Positions 37,281 through 49,312 of a stretch of 64,000 bases of DNA are shown one piece after another; the stretch's first letter is position 1, and every line of letters starts with the position of its first letter. This stretch comes from Pavona decussata. Taxonomy: Eukaryota. The position numbers and the translations under genes were made by a program. Under the pieces are notes generated by a model. That model was given only the letters and a program-made list of their open reading frames with translations. It made no database searches and was not told the DNA's origin. The DNA lies in assembly GCA_977016875.1 (NCBI GenBank), contig CDRNST010000175.1, forward strand, positions 930,001 to 994,000. Direction: 5' to 3'.

Positions 37281-40040
37281 GGATTGAGATTAGTCTCTTG
37301 TAACAATTACAATCCTCACGTTGTTTCTAGTGTCTTTACCCTCATAGAGTGAAAAGACCACAGTGTTTTTAGTAGAGTTGGGATGTGGGACACTAGCCAG
37401 TTGAAATGTTAGTTTCATTGATCCCTGACCATGGTCACCTCCCAAGTTCACAAAGATTTTATCTTCTGGAATGAGACCACCATACCAAGTCAGCAGTCCA
37501 GTACTGGAAACGAAGAGAACATACCAGAAGTTAGTATCCGAATACTGTAGTGCTGCTGAGGGCCAAGGTTTTAAAGGATTGAACAACAGACAACGAACGT
37601 CTTTACTCAACGTTTTATTCTCAAGCACACCACTTCTGAAGCCCTACACAAGGAATATATCTGTCACAAGATATGTGTGTCATGAGTTACACTAGTCACG
37701 TGAACACAGCTTTGCTACAATACTTTATAATTTACATCCCCACGCAGTTTAAAAAGTCATGGGAAAAAATGTTTGTTACCTGAAACAACTTTCTCTTCAA
37801 GCCAACCCTATAGGCATATAGGGTCTCCTTCATGACCGTCATGTTTTTTTTTCCTCGTTTCTCGTGGTGCTCCATGTGAACAAATTGGCTTTCCGGGTTT
37901 TCTCCAACAAGGCTCTTTTTCTGGAAACGTTGCTTCCTCTCGCTATCTAACATATGTTCCATTGTTTGAACCATCTAAATATATGGAAAATGTTTAATTC
38001 ATTCAGAGACAACCTGGGAGGAATTTAAAGCTCCAGGAAAGCCCCAGATCAGCTTTCATTGCCAGTGCTTCTCCCTCTGGTAACTCTAAAATGAGGTCTT
38101 TTCCCAGGGCATCTCTCAACATCTTTTCCAGCTCGTCCTTGGAAATGCTAGTTAGGTGCTTCACCACATGAATGGTCATTTGGTGCCCGCTTACTGAGGC
38201 ACCAAACCGTTGAAGGTCCCTTGTTCTGGTCCGCACGTGACCATCACTGACCTGGTCACTAGGCTTTTAAGCTTGGCGTACAACACTAAAGTTCAAGGGG
38301 TTGACGTGGAAACATAATTTTGAAGGGCACTGAATGAACTATTCCAAAGCATAGTAAATGAAATTTGTCACCAAAGTTGTCAGTGAGTTTATGCTGACTT
38401 ACCTTACCACCTGTTTTCAGCATGGTATTGCCATCATTTGACTCTGTAAGCTTGGATTTCACAAAAAGCGGTCCCAGCTTTTTAACCTCAGGTGATATCA
38501 TGCCCTCTCTTAGTTCCATGATAGCTTGTTCAAGGCTCCCTCTTGGTGGATTCAAAGGAGGGGCAAGTGCAGGTTGCAGTGCCAGGGGTATGGTTTGCAC
38601 CCTTTGTGCTGTGTTTTCAGTTATTGGATCTGGACAGATGTGTTTCCCACTGTCTTCGTAGTGGCATTTGTTTTTGCATCGTTTGCATTCGACCTCTAGT
38701 TCCCCCAACAGATGGAGAATCATTCTTGTGAGTTGCTTGAGATCACAGGGTAAGATTTCCTCCTTGCACACTGGACATAATAAAGAGGTACTGGCAAAGC
38801 TTACTGCTTGTCTCAAGCGCCCTGCACAAAAATAGTGCTCACACATTGTCTCGATAGGGAATCCAAGAATCTCTCTGCAAACTGCTCAATTAAAGTCCTC
38901 TTTAACCTCCCCCACACATTCGAATTTATCCAAAAAAAAATTTCAGTGCAGTTGACTAACAGGCACGTAGAAAGCTCCTGGATGTGTTCAAAGAGTGCTT
39001 GACTTTCTAAGCCTTGGTCAGTGTTACTGCTTACACTGTCAGTGGTTTTCTTTCGACCAAGGGACTCTTTTTAGGAGGCCTTCCACCTTTTTTATTTTTA
39101 GCCCAAGAGAGAACTTTTACAGTCACCTTTATAGTAATGATAAGAAAAGCAAAGACCGATACAATGTGGAATTACGTTTTAGAGTTTACTATATTTCGAC
39201 TGACCTTTTTCAGGTACAATGAGAATTTGCATTGGGACATGCGCTTATATTACAAGTATTTGTGCAAAAACAGAACTACTTAAAACTAAAGTGATTGATA
39301 GTATAAAAGATGAAGCAAATGAAAAAATAAAAAGGAACAAAGCTAGTAAATTTCTTCGCTAATTTTCAGGCCATGTGGAAGAAGTGTTCTTCCTTTTGAG
39401 ATTAGAAAGGCTTTCGTCCTTACGGATTAAGTCTCAGTTGGAGTAGACTTTTTTATGGGGATTAATTACATGTCGTTAGTGGTGTGGAAGTGTTCTGTGG
39501 CTTTGGTTTACTTACCCTCATAGTGTCTCCCAAACCATAGAGCTGTGTGTCTTTGAGTTACTTAAATAGCACGCGTTGCCTTTTCAGTTTCCAAATCAAA
39601 CTTCTCTTGCAACATTTCTCTATATTCTTCGCATTTGTAGCTAGATTTCCACTGATCTTTGGATTTCTGTAGCTTATTACCATGAATGTGGCATAAAGTT
39701 TCGAAGCATTCTGTATGAAACTGATGAAAGTCAGTCATGTTGGACTGAAGATAAGGATATTAAGTAGACCCAATAAAAGAAAACTCGGCAACCAACAAAT
39801 ACAATTTCTAGCCCAATAGACTGAAAATATACCAATGTTTCTTGAAACGAACCTCTTTTTAACGGAAAAACTTCAGGAAGACATAATTTCAAATTCTCTA
39901 TTGATTTCGCAACATGCTTCCGCTATTACGTTCTTCCTGCGTGATTTCAAAGACACCCCAGTCATTATTGATGATAACGTATTCTTAATATTCTAAATAT
40001 GCGCAGACATATCTTTCATCACTAGCTACTGCACATCCTG
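37281..40040 (-). mobile_element. RAG1-like transposon copy A/C, 5' part (Zn domain, RING, NBD-like region, first catalytic D)
   Basis: ATG at 39738 (MTDFHQFHTECFETLCHIHGNKL). KKGGRPPKK; RING VCREILGFPIETMCEHYFC..CPVC; VECKRC..HIC; LKTGGK|gt; GEALAMKADLGLSW; LGGDHGQGSMK (D at 37434-37436). Conserved subterminal motif at ~40000-40035; TIR lost. Confidence 0.88.
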
Positions 40041-40789
40041 AACTCTTGGCTAGTGAGTCTTCAAGACAGATGACTTTGTCATCAGAGTGTGGAGGTAAAC
40101 CGATGTCAGGTAACTTGGTTTGCAGTCGCACCCAGATAGGAGGGAGTCTGTATTATCTGGGTGTCCATATTAACCGGGCTCTTAGAAAAATGCTGCAAAC
40201 ACGTCTTATTGATACAAACACTACAACAGACCTTTTTTGCGACAACAAAATGTTGTTTAATTTCTCAACTGTACAGTCACTGAAACCGTAACTGTAACAA
40301 GTTCAAACTAAAGAAACCTAACGCTCATTTATCAGTCACAGACTAAAATTACTTTATTGTTCTTGAAACACGACAATCCAGTCAAAGTCCTCATCCCCAT
40401 CAGCCCCCATGTGGTGGCTGATGCTAATAGCGGAAAGCAAAGGATGTCAAAGAGGAAGTAGGCTACAAGCAGTGACTGCAGCAAGGCCAAGAAAGTGAAA
40501 CTTTTGTGTAGGCATTGTAGGCAGAAAACTCGAAGTATAGTACAAGGGTCAAAAATTGGATGAAAGCCAGACTGATCATGTCACGCTATTTTGCTACCTT
40601 TTTGCAGTACGAAATCGTATCAACCTGTAGAAATCTGGCATTATTTTAACAGGGCACAATACCTACAATTAGCACACGATTTTCACAATGAAAATAGACA
40701 GTGTGTAGCTAAGCATTGTCCATAAAATGGGGTTGATGGTGTAAAAAAGTTTGTCCCTCAGGACACAGAAAGTGTGCATTGTCCGTATT

Positions 40790-40919
40790 AACCAGTGGTC
40801 GTATTATGTAGGCTAATTTTAGAGAAAATATATGAGCTTTTTGTCAGGACAAACGAAACCGTCCATAATATCCAATTGTCTGTATTAAACGGGTGTCCAC
40901 AGAGCGGGGTTCCACTGTA
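40790..40919. mobile_element. Partial Tc1-type MITE end
   Basis: Ends in GCGGGGTTCCACTG-TA. Repeated GTCCGTATTA-like motifs, also present at ~40145-40180. Confidence 0.4.
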
Positions 40920-40929
40920 CGGCGTAAAG

Positions 40930-41810
40930 GTTGGATGCAGATGTACACACACAGGAACTGATGCAAGGCATTTATCCACCTTTATCATCGAAAATTTTAC
41001 ACTTGGACGTTGGCCTGAGGCCACAATGTGGTGAGTTTCCTGTGTTCTACACCACTAATAACAAGGAGCCTTTCCTTGCTTGGCTATTAAATGAAAGACT
41101 ACACTTTGCTGCGAATTTAGTACCGTGCTTTGGGCTTGGTGTCCTTTGTGGGCTAGCTGTATGACTCTTCCTTGAAGGCTAGCAGGTGCCACTATTCAGG
41201 TATCTCGGAGAATCATTTTGAAGCTGTCATCAACAGTGAGTTCATCTTGAACACTTTGGAACGGTAGCAGGGGGCATGGTTGACATCATTTCACCCTTTG
41301 TGGTTTTTTACCTTACACCACACGGTCTCTCCCATGTCCAGGGTGTCTGTTTTTTTGTCAGCTAGCATAGAGGCTTGGTTATTGTTGCAAACCCTTTCAT
41401 GTACTGCCATGCCCAGAAAAGAGCGGAGTTAAGTTTGGTTCCATGGTTCAACTGCATTTTGAAATGCCCCCCTTTCTAGGGGCTGGGGCTATGCCATCTT
41501 TAGATTATAGTGGGTTTGTTAAATTCGCACTTCTGTGGATTGGCGTTTTGGCCTTGCACTTTATCTAACACTTGGACATGTTTGCTCTGTTCTTTGCACT
41601 TGGGATGTCAAACTACTTCTGGTTTTCGCCATTTTACCTGTAACAGTGTACACTGGGACTTGCTTAAATTCGGAATTATCAGGATTTTGCACCTCAACAA
41701 ACTCATACAACAACGAAGCATCAGTTGTTTGCATATGCTCTGTTAAAATTTTGATGGTTTCCGATGGGAATTTCCTAAACATTTCGCTTATTTGTAGATC
41801 TAGATTCACG
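40930..41810 (-). mobile_element. Heavily deleted Gypsy-type LTR retrotransposon remnant
   Basis: LRSFLGMA..FATITKPL..LTKKQTPWTW (~41330-41440, RT/RNase H linker). HRKLTTLWPQAN (~41010-41045, integrase). Confidence 0.5.
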
Positions 41811-43102
41811 TAACTATTTCAATATTCCACAACTTACAAGCAATGTAAGGGGAATTACCTGAACTGAATTGAAAACTGAACTGTTGATCAGGCCATGGTT
41901 TTCATTTACAGCCTGATTATAGATGACGTGCGCCTGGGATCTGAAACTTTTCACTAAATGAAACAAAAATCTGAAACCCGATCCCATACCAATCTGATCA
42001 TGAGCGATCCAGGTGCAAAGTGGATCATTTAGATTGCAATCTAAGATTGGTTTAGTCCCTAATGCAACGGAAAATCGAATTGTCGATCTCAAAATCCCGA
42101 TTTTCATTGATTAAAAGGAACACGACCCAATTTTAACCCCTTTGCATACCACATTTTATCTTTAATTCCTTTTATTATAAAGTGAAGCCAGATGGAAAAG
42201 CATATATCAGAAGAGGAAACCATGCTTTTCCAAGTGATGACATCAGAGATTTGTTCAGGCTGCAGCACCAAAATGGCCTCAGTCTACCAGAAGCTGTTGC
42301 CAACATCAGGAGTTTCCTAGTGCCTCATGAGTACACACGCAACCATGACAACCCATGGCAAGCATGACAACCCAGAAACCATGCTGGACATGCTCAGATA
42401 AGTTGTGCACTACCAGTCCCTGGTTCCTGTCGGGGTAACCCTTAAAGACTTGGCCAATCAGAACTCCTAAGCTAAACTTCCATATAATAAAACCTTGTCT
42501 TATACCAAAAAGTGAACACAAGTGTTGTGGGGTACTTAGATCACCTTGAACAGTTTTCTTTGTTATAACCAGTTGCTTTTTCACACAGGAATCATAATTG
42601 AAAACTGTGATTCCTCACTGAGGGAGTGTTTCATCATTGTCCTCCATCACACGATAAACCTGCTACTGCTCCTTCACTGCTTGTTTTAGGAGCAGGGCAT
42701 TCTGTTAAACTGCTGTACTTTCGGTAAGAAATGCCTGTATTTTTTGCCACGGTCCTTGGATGATGACATACTTAAGTGTCTTCCTGGAAAGCTCGTCTTG
42801 ACCATGTTGGTATATTTTATTACAGTGGAACTAAACGTCCAATTTGTTTTCGTTTTAATTGATTCTATTAACTTCCCTGATGATTCCAGCGAAAACGATT
42901 TTGGAATAGCTTTTTTCCATAAATTTTTATGATTTTGTGAACTTTAAATTTTGGCGCTCTTTTGATCCACCACCACGCGTGAAAGGAGAATAGGACGAGC
43001 TTGAGTGTGACGTAATCCAAGGAGTTAATGTTTAGCACGTGACGGCACGGCAAAAGACAACTTGGAAAAATTTCGATAGATGCGAGCAAGTTTTCCTTCA
43101 TT

Positions 43103-43751
43103 ATGCCTGATGTGTGTGTCGTTTACGGCTGTAACAACGTAAGCAATCCACCACATGGAGTAAGTTTCAACAAGATACTGTACTATGGTAAAAGGAATCC
43201 GGAGGAAGTCAGAAGCTCTTGCTCCAGCTGTCTGTTTTTTCTCTCCTTTTTTCTTACACTTTTAAATTTAGCCATTCTTCGTCTGCCAAAGGTTCACCCA
43301 CATAGGCAGCCATATCACTTTCATCGCTTGAATCACGTGACTCGTGCTCCGCTTCGCTTTCTACTTTGATGGCAAAATAATCATCTTTAGAATAGTCATC
43401 TTCAGAATCTAAATTCTCCTCCTCTTCCATGCCTCCTCCTCACTTGACTCGATATATTCATCAGGTGAGGCCATGTTCAAATTTTCGCTCTCGACAATAT
43501 CTTGCTATCAAAACCCAGTTAAGTGTTTCTTGAAAGCATAGCGCGATAGTCAGCCTACTCCTTGGATGACGTCACAGTATAACTCGATCCAGGTCCCCCA
43601 GATTCGAGGCTGTGGGTTTTAAGACAAAGTTCAAACGGCTCTAGAAATGCAAGAATTTTATCAATCTCGATAATTTTTTCAAATGCTTGACCAGGACAAT
43701 TAGCAGATTTAATTTAGCAAAAAAAAAATTGGGGGGTTAGTTCTACTTTAA
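43103..43751. mobile_element. Internally deleted Kolobok-type element: THAP head (+) fused to an acidic head of a P2X7-C-terminus-like accessory gene (-); TTAA end
   Basis: MPDVCVVYGCNN...GVSFNK (THAP start) at 43103. Minus-strand MASPDEYIESSEEE...AYVGEPLADEEW from ~43474. Terminus ...TTCTACT-TTAA at 43748-43751. Confidence 0.6.
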
Positions 43752-44759
43752 GTATGTAATTTAAGGCTACTTGAAAGGTGTATAGTTACCTGTCTGTGTC
43801 TGCTTTTCTTTGCCATGATACCCTCCACCAGGCGAAGAGTAATGGTATGAAGATCTATTTTTAATTGGAATTTTTCTTTGCTAACCTGAAGAAAAATTCT
43901 GCCTTTTGTAATTCACATTTCCATTGAAAGAGTGCCACACTGGACTTTGCAGATGAGATCTGAAGCCTGGCATAGGTTCCCTGTATGGTGGCTTACTGTG
44001 GAGATGAGGACTTGGGGTTTTTTGATACATTTTTAGTCCACAGTTTGCTGTGAATGAGGAATTCTAAATGGTGCTCACTGGTTTTGCACTTTTTTTTGGT
44101 GATTTGGAATGGTTCACCCTTTGTTCCTAGTACAGATAACAATCATCTGTGCTATTTTAAACAGATTCCAGCACAGAAAATTTTTCCTTGTCTCAGCAAA
44201 AAAATTAATCCTGGTTCTTTCTCTGGAAACAATGGAAAAGAATTCAAATGTTATATATAAACATGCATGTGCCTGGTAGTCACCAACAGTGGTTTTAAAA
44301 TGTCCTGTCTTTACCTATTTAATTTGAAATTCTCAGACAAATAAATGTTAAATGTCATAAAGTAATGATCTCCAGTCTCTTCTTAAAACTATCCCTTCCA
44401 CCCATCTTTTTGTGATCAATGCATGCAAGTTTCCAACGAATCACATTTTGTCTGCACAAACTAACAACTCCTACAGAAGTGGGAATTTCTAGAGTTTCAA
44501 CACAGAGACAGTGTGCTTCTGCTACAGGAATTTTCTTTAACTCCTCAGCTTTTGGTGTAGGATTCTCTGGTGTTTTGTAAATCAGTTGGGATTGTTGCAC
44601 CAATATATATACCAAGACCAGGTTTAAGGCCGACGCCATCTTGGAGAAATACAGCTTCAGCTTGGATCCCTGAGTAGGGAAAATTATCGCAATATTACTG
44701 TTTTCATACAATGTAATGCTAATAAAGTTTTGAACCAGTGAGCAATAAATGCCATATTT

Positions 44760-46100
44760 GTGTCAGATCAAAGAAAGAAGAAGTCTTTCTCTGTGGCAAG
44801 ACAGCCACGGGTATTAAAACATGAAGGAACTTCTGCGTAATGTTTTAATACAGCTTTTATTGGTAAATTTTATTGGTTATGTGGTGTGTATGAGCCCATG
44901 ATAGGATTTTCAGTAAAACGTGCCACCAGTGGACCTGGCGGAGATGGCCGAATCCATATGTAAGCACGGACGAGACAGACAAACGGAAGGATGAATGAAC
45001 ACAAGGCCAAAACCACAAAGGACACTGAATGACTAATTTAATAACCACAGGATGTCCCTAGGACACAAGGCAAAGTGAACAGACACAACCGAATATCTGC
45101 ACGACCGCGCGAACGAAGAAACGGTACCAATTGCCAATTTCACGGTTGTTTTTCCGAATTGGGGGCTTCTGGTTGTTCTTGAAATACTCATTAATAATTA
45201 AAAGCTATAAATTAAATTAATGAAAAATTTGCAGAAAAAAGAAACTTAATTTTAATGACTTAAGTGCGCGTAGCATAGTGAACTTTTTTGTCAGATTTTT
45301 GCGTCAGATCGCAGAAAGAAGTCTTTCTCAGTAGCATGACAGCCATAGGCATAAAAACATGAAGGAACTTCTTCGCAATGTTTTAATAGAGCTTTTAATA
45401 ATTAGTGAAGTTTTATTGTTTATAACAAGTTGATGCCCATAATTGTTTTTGTCAGTTTACTAGAGACGGAATAAGTCCTACTCTGTAGCATTGCAGCTTA
45501 ATATTAAAACATGAACAATGCTCTTCTAATGTTTTAATATGACTTTTATATTTAGGGTTTACCAAGAGAGCCCATGATAGAAATTTGGGTATACCGTGCA
45601 ACCAGTAGAACTGATGGAGAAGGCTAAATCCATATGTAAGCACGGACAAGACAGACAACCGGAAGGATGAATGAACACAAAGCTGAAAACCACATAGGAC
45701 ACTGAATGGCTAACTTAATAACCAGACAATGCCCAGAGGAAACCAGACAAAGTGAACAGACAGAACTGAAAGTCTGAATTACCATATGAACGAAGAAACA
45801 TGCCAAATGCCAATTTCACGGATGTTTTCTGAATTACAGGCTTCTGATTATTCTTAATTACTGTTAATTGATAATTTGGATCTAGATTATATTAATAAAA
45901 ATAGTTTAAGGAAAAAAAACATTAACTGAACCATACAGATACAAGGCAAGAGATAGACAGATGGAACGAGGAGTGAACAGAAGGCCAAAACCGCTAAGGC
46001 CAGTGAATGATCAACTAAATAATCAAACAGTTACCACACGGATGTCAGCCCAAATGAACAAACCACACGACTGAAAGTCAGCCCAGCCCTATAACCGAAA
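44760..46100. repeat. Diverged tandem repeat, about 550-680-bp unit, about 2.5 copies
   Basis: GTCAGATC..AGAAAGAAGTCTTTCTC..AAAACATGAAGGAACTTCT at ~44762 and ~45303. GAGCCCATGATAG..ATCCATATGTAAGCACGGAC..GGAAGGATGAATGAACACAA at ~44892 and ~45568, partial third copy at ~45950. Confidence 0.8.
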
Positions 46101-46943
46101 GATCAGCCCAAGACAACAACTACATGGTTGAAATAAATGAGCTATTTATATATATATATTTAATTTATAATAAAAGTTTCCTCATTTGTTTTCAGATCTA
46201 TCGTTGTTTTTATGCATTTTTAATTTATAACAATTGTTTTTTTCTTTGCACATCTGATTGATGGTGAATTACATAGTAATACCCGTTAGCACTACTGCTT
46301 TGATTTCAAAAATGAAGGGAACTGTTCATTGTTTTCCATAATTTTTTAACTTTTAATTTTTAAGTCTAAGCCCGTGCAGAAAGTGGAAATAAAATTATAC
46401 TATGCACGGCGCTTTCAGAGCGGACATTTAGTTGACCCGCGCCTGCATTTACACTTCCCAGCATGCACTCAAAATCGGATAGCAACCGCATAGCAACGGG
46501 GACAGCGCCTTTGTTTACGCGTGGATTGCTGAAAAGCCTTTGTCTTTGGACCAATCAAAACTACGCTTTATGTGGCCCTAAGGGAATATTCTGTTTCAGA
46601 ATGGCGACCAGGGATGTTGAAGAAGAAGGCCGATGTCGTAAACCCGAACATTTTTGTTTAAATTCTCGCAAACCTGGACCCAAACGAACACAGCGTGATT
46701 CCTTGGACATTTCTTAATTACGTCGACTAACCTAAATTGTCGACTGGTGGCTTCAAACAAGGAGTTTCCCGGAAGATTTCAGGGGCTATCGCGGGGAGAC
46801 TTATGATCAAAGATTCACTTTTCACGGTAAGTTTATCTATAGAATGCCCACTCGTCGCGCAATTGCTTCTGAGATTTTTGGATTTCATTCGCTCACTGCT
46901 GCCATATTTTAATGATAACCCGACCGCGCTGCCCTTTCCCCTG

Positions 46944-47651
46944 GATCTGTAACAACTTGTTTAACGTTCTTTAGACAAATAAGACTTTGTGTTTATCTTT
47001 ATTTTCAATATTTCGGATAATTATAATCTGGATATTGAACAAAAATTACATCTGTACAAAGTATTAACAAAACGTTGAAGCTGAAACTATGAAAGAATGC
47101 AAAACTGGTGTGATTTCATCTACAATTTATGCCAATGTCCGGTAATTTTAGTGTGGCAAATTTCACTTTTCAAATTTAAGCCCAAATGTAGCTAGCATTT
47201 TAAGTTGAACCACTGGGTCTGGATTCCTCAACTTCGGCTGCTTTTCTCTTTAGGTTCCTTGTGCGTTTTTCTGGGATTAATTCGCGCCCTTTAGGGCGAT
47301 CTGTAACAACTTGTTTAACGCTCTTTAGACAAATAAGACTTTGTGTTTATCTTTATTTTCAATATTTCGGATAATTATAATCTGGATATTGAACAAAAAT
47401 TACATCTGTACAAAGTATTAACAAAACGTTGAAGCTGAAACTATGAAAGAATGCAAAACTGGTGTGATTTCATCTACAATTTATGCCAATGTCCGGTAAT
47501 TTTAGTGTGGCAAATTTCACTTTTCAAATTTAAGCCTAAATGTAGCTAGCATTTTAAATTGAACCACTGGGTCTGGATTCCTCAACTTCGGCTGCTTTTC
47601 TCTTTAGGTTCCTTGTGCGTTTTTCTGGGATTAATTCGCGCCCTTTAGGGC
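46944..47651. repeat. Near-perfect 354-bp tandem duplication inside copy D
   Basis: Units 46944-47297 and 47298-47651 both start GATCTGTAACAACTTG and end CCCTTTAGGGC, with about 3 differences. Confidence 0.95.
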
Positions 47652-49312
47652 CGACAACAACGTAATGTTGTTCAAGCATCTTTTTCAAGCGCTCCGAGGC
47701 TGGCTTGACGACAATGTTGGTTTGCTCGAAGAGTTTGAACTCGTGGTGAACTGATTCGCCGCCTTGTTCACCAAAGAATCCCAGAGGAAACTTTCATTTC
47801 TTGATAATTGGCACTACGTGTTCCTCGAGCATATGTAACTTCGGAGGGAAGGTTTCATTGGGGAAAGTGCTTCTGTAATAGGCAGTAAATTTCTGTATGT
47901 CATTTTCATATTACCTTCGTAATCTGTCCAAACGATACCAGGACAACCCAACGTCTTCTTTCATGGACAGTGCCTGGCCTTCAGGTAGTTCGAGGGTCAG
48001 TTCAGTCACAAGGGCTTCTGACAGTAGTGTCTTGCGTTCCTCTTTACTCTTCTGGCGTAGCATCTTCACCAGGTGCTTGTCCATCTCTCCACTACTGACT
48101 GCATCGCCCATCTTCTTTATGGCACTTGTTCGGCATCGAAGGTGCCTTGCTGATACCGATTCACTGGCCTTTTCAGCTTGGGCTAGACGTGTAAGTACTA
48201 GGGGCTGTGTGTTCAAGAATTAAAAAATAATAAAAACTGGTTTACCATTACAGTGTAGATAATTTTCGAGTGTCCATAACATTATGACAGATAAGGAGAA
48301 CCGTGCTAACAGAACAGGGCATTTTTCCATACCTTTCCAGGTCCAGCCAATCTTGCTGTCTTTCCATCATCAGAATCCTTCATCAGGAGTTTAACGGCAG
48401 CAGTGCTAAGCCTTACCACATCTTTAGATATCTTGCCCTGACTTAGCTCTGAAAACGCGTCTTCGAGGGTGCGTTGCGGGGCAGGTGCAGCAGGTTCGGG
48501 ATTCTGGGGTGGAGCCACTTGGTCAGGTGGGGTTGTTCCAGCATCACATTTATGATTGAGGCAATTTTGGTATTCTAATTCCTGCTTGCATGCCTTACAG
48601 CGAACATCCTGTTGGCAAATCAACTGGAAGAACACCCTCGGGGCAGTTCTGAGGTCTGATTCATTTGTTAGGTTGAACTTACACATTTGACAAGAAGGTG
48701 GACCATCCATAAATTGTATTGCTTTAGCCAAGCAGTCAGCACAGGAATAATGGCTGCAAACTGTTTCAATTGGTATATCCAAAACGTCTTCACAAATGGG
48801 GCAGAAAAATTCGTCTTTAATTTCTCAATGAGTTCGAAATTTTCCCCAAACTGGGGGTGTCAAAGTGATGGTTTAGAGTCTCTTAATGTGATGACCTTCT
48901 CCTTCAAAACTGTTTTGATTGTTTTTATACTGTTCGAATTAACCGTATCATTCGTGCTTTTTGGGGCATGTTTTCCTCCTCCTCTTTTGGATTTTTTGGG
49001 TCTCCCACCCTTTTTGGCTTTCTCCTCTCTTGTACATGTGCTACAATTGCCATCGTCCGTATGGATTTCCCAGTAATTGCGCTTGCGTGTGTGAGTAACA
49101 TAACACAAGTTGCAAAACTGCGGAGGGTGAATAGCCGGGTCATCTTTTTCAGTGTTGATTTGGAAGTTCTCCTCCAAAAATGCCTGGTGGTCCTTGCAAC
49201 TATAGGATATCTGGTACGTTCGTTTTAACTTCTTGAGTCGATTTCCACAAATTCTACATAAATTTGCGAGATTTTGAATGTGAATTTCATTGACCTCGCT
49301 GCCCTCTGCCAT
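47540..49312 (-). pseudogene. RAG1-like transposase of copy D: N-terminal non-core region and NBD-like region joined directly to the last exon
   Basis: MAEGSEVNEIHIQNLANLCRICGN..FQINTEKDDPAIHPPQFCNLC..WEIH..CSTC..KKGGRPKK; RING CPICEDVLDIPIETVCSHYSCADC..CQMC; VRCKAC..HKC; GQALSMKEDVGLSWYRLDRLRR; then FPPKLHMLEEHV..GFFGEQGGESVHHEF. Confidence 0.9.

Noticed and set aside
42182-43100. Short ORFs on both strands resembling TE protein pieces
   Set aside because: No diagnostic motif could be assigned with confidence.
43790-44711. Exon-like fragments ending KKRLEIITL (a similar KRLEIITC occurs near 4590)
   Set aside because: The similarity is too short to support a family or product call.
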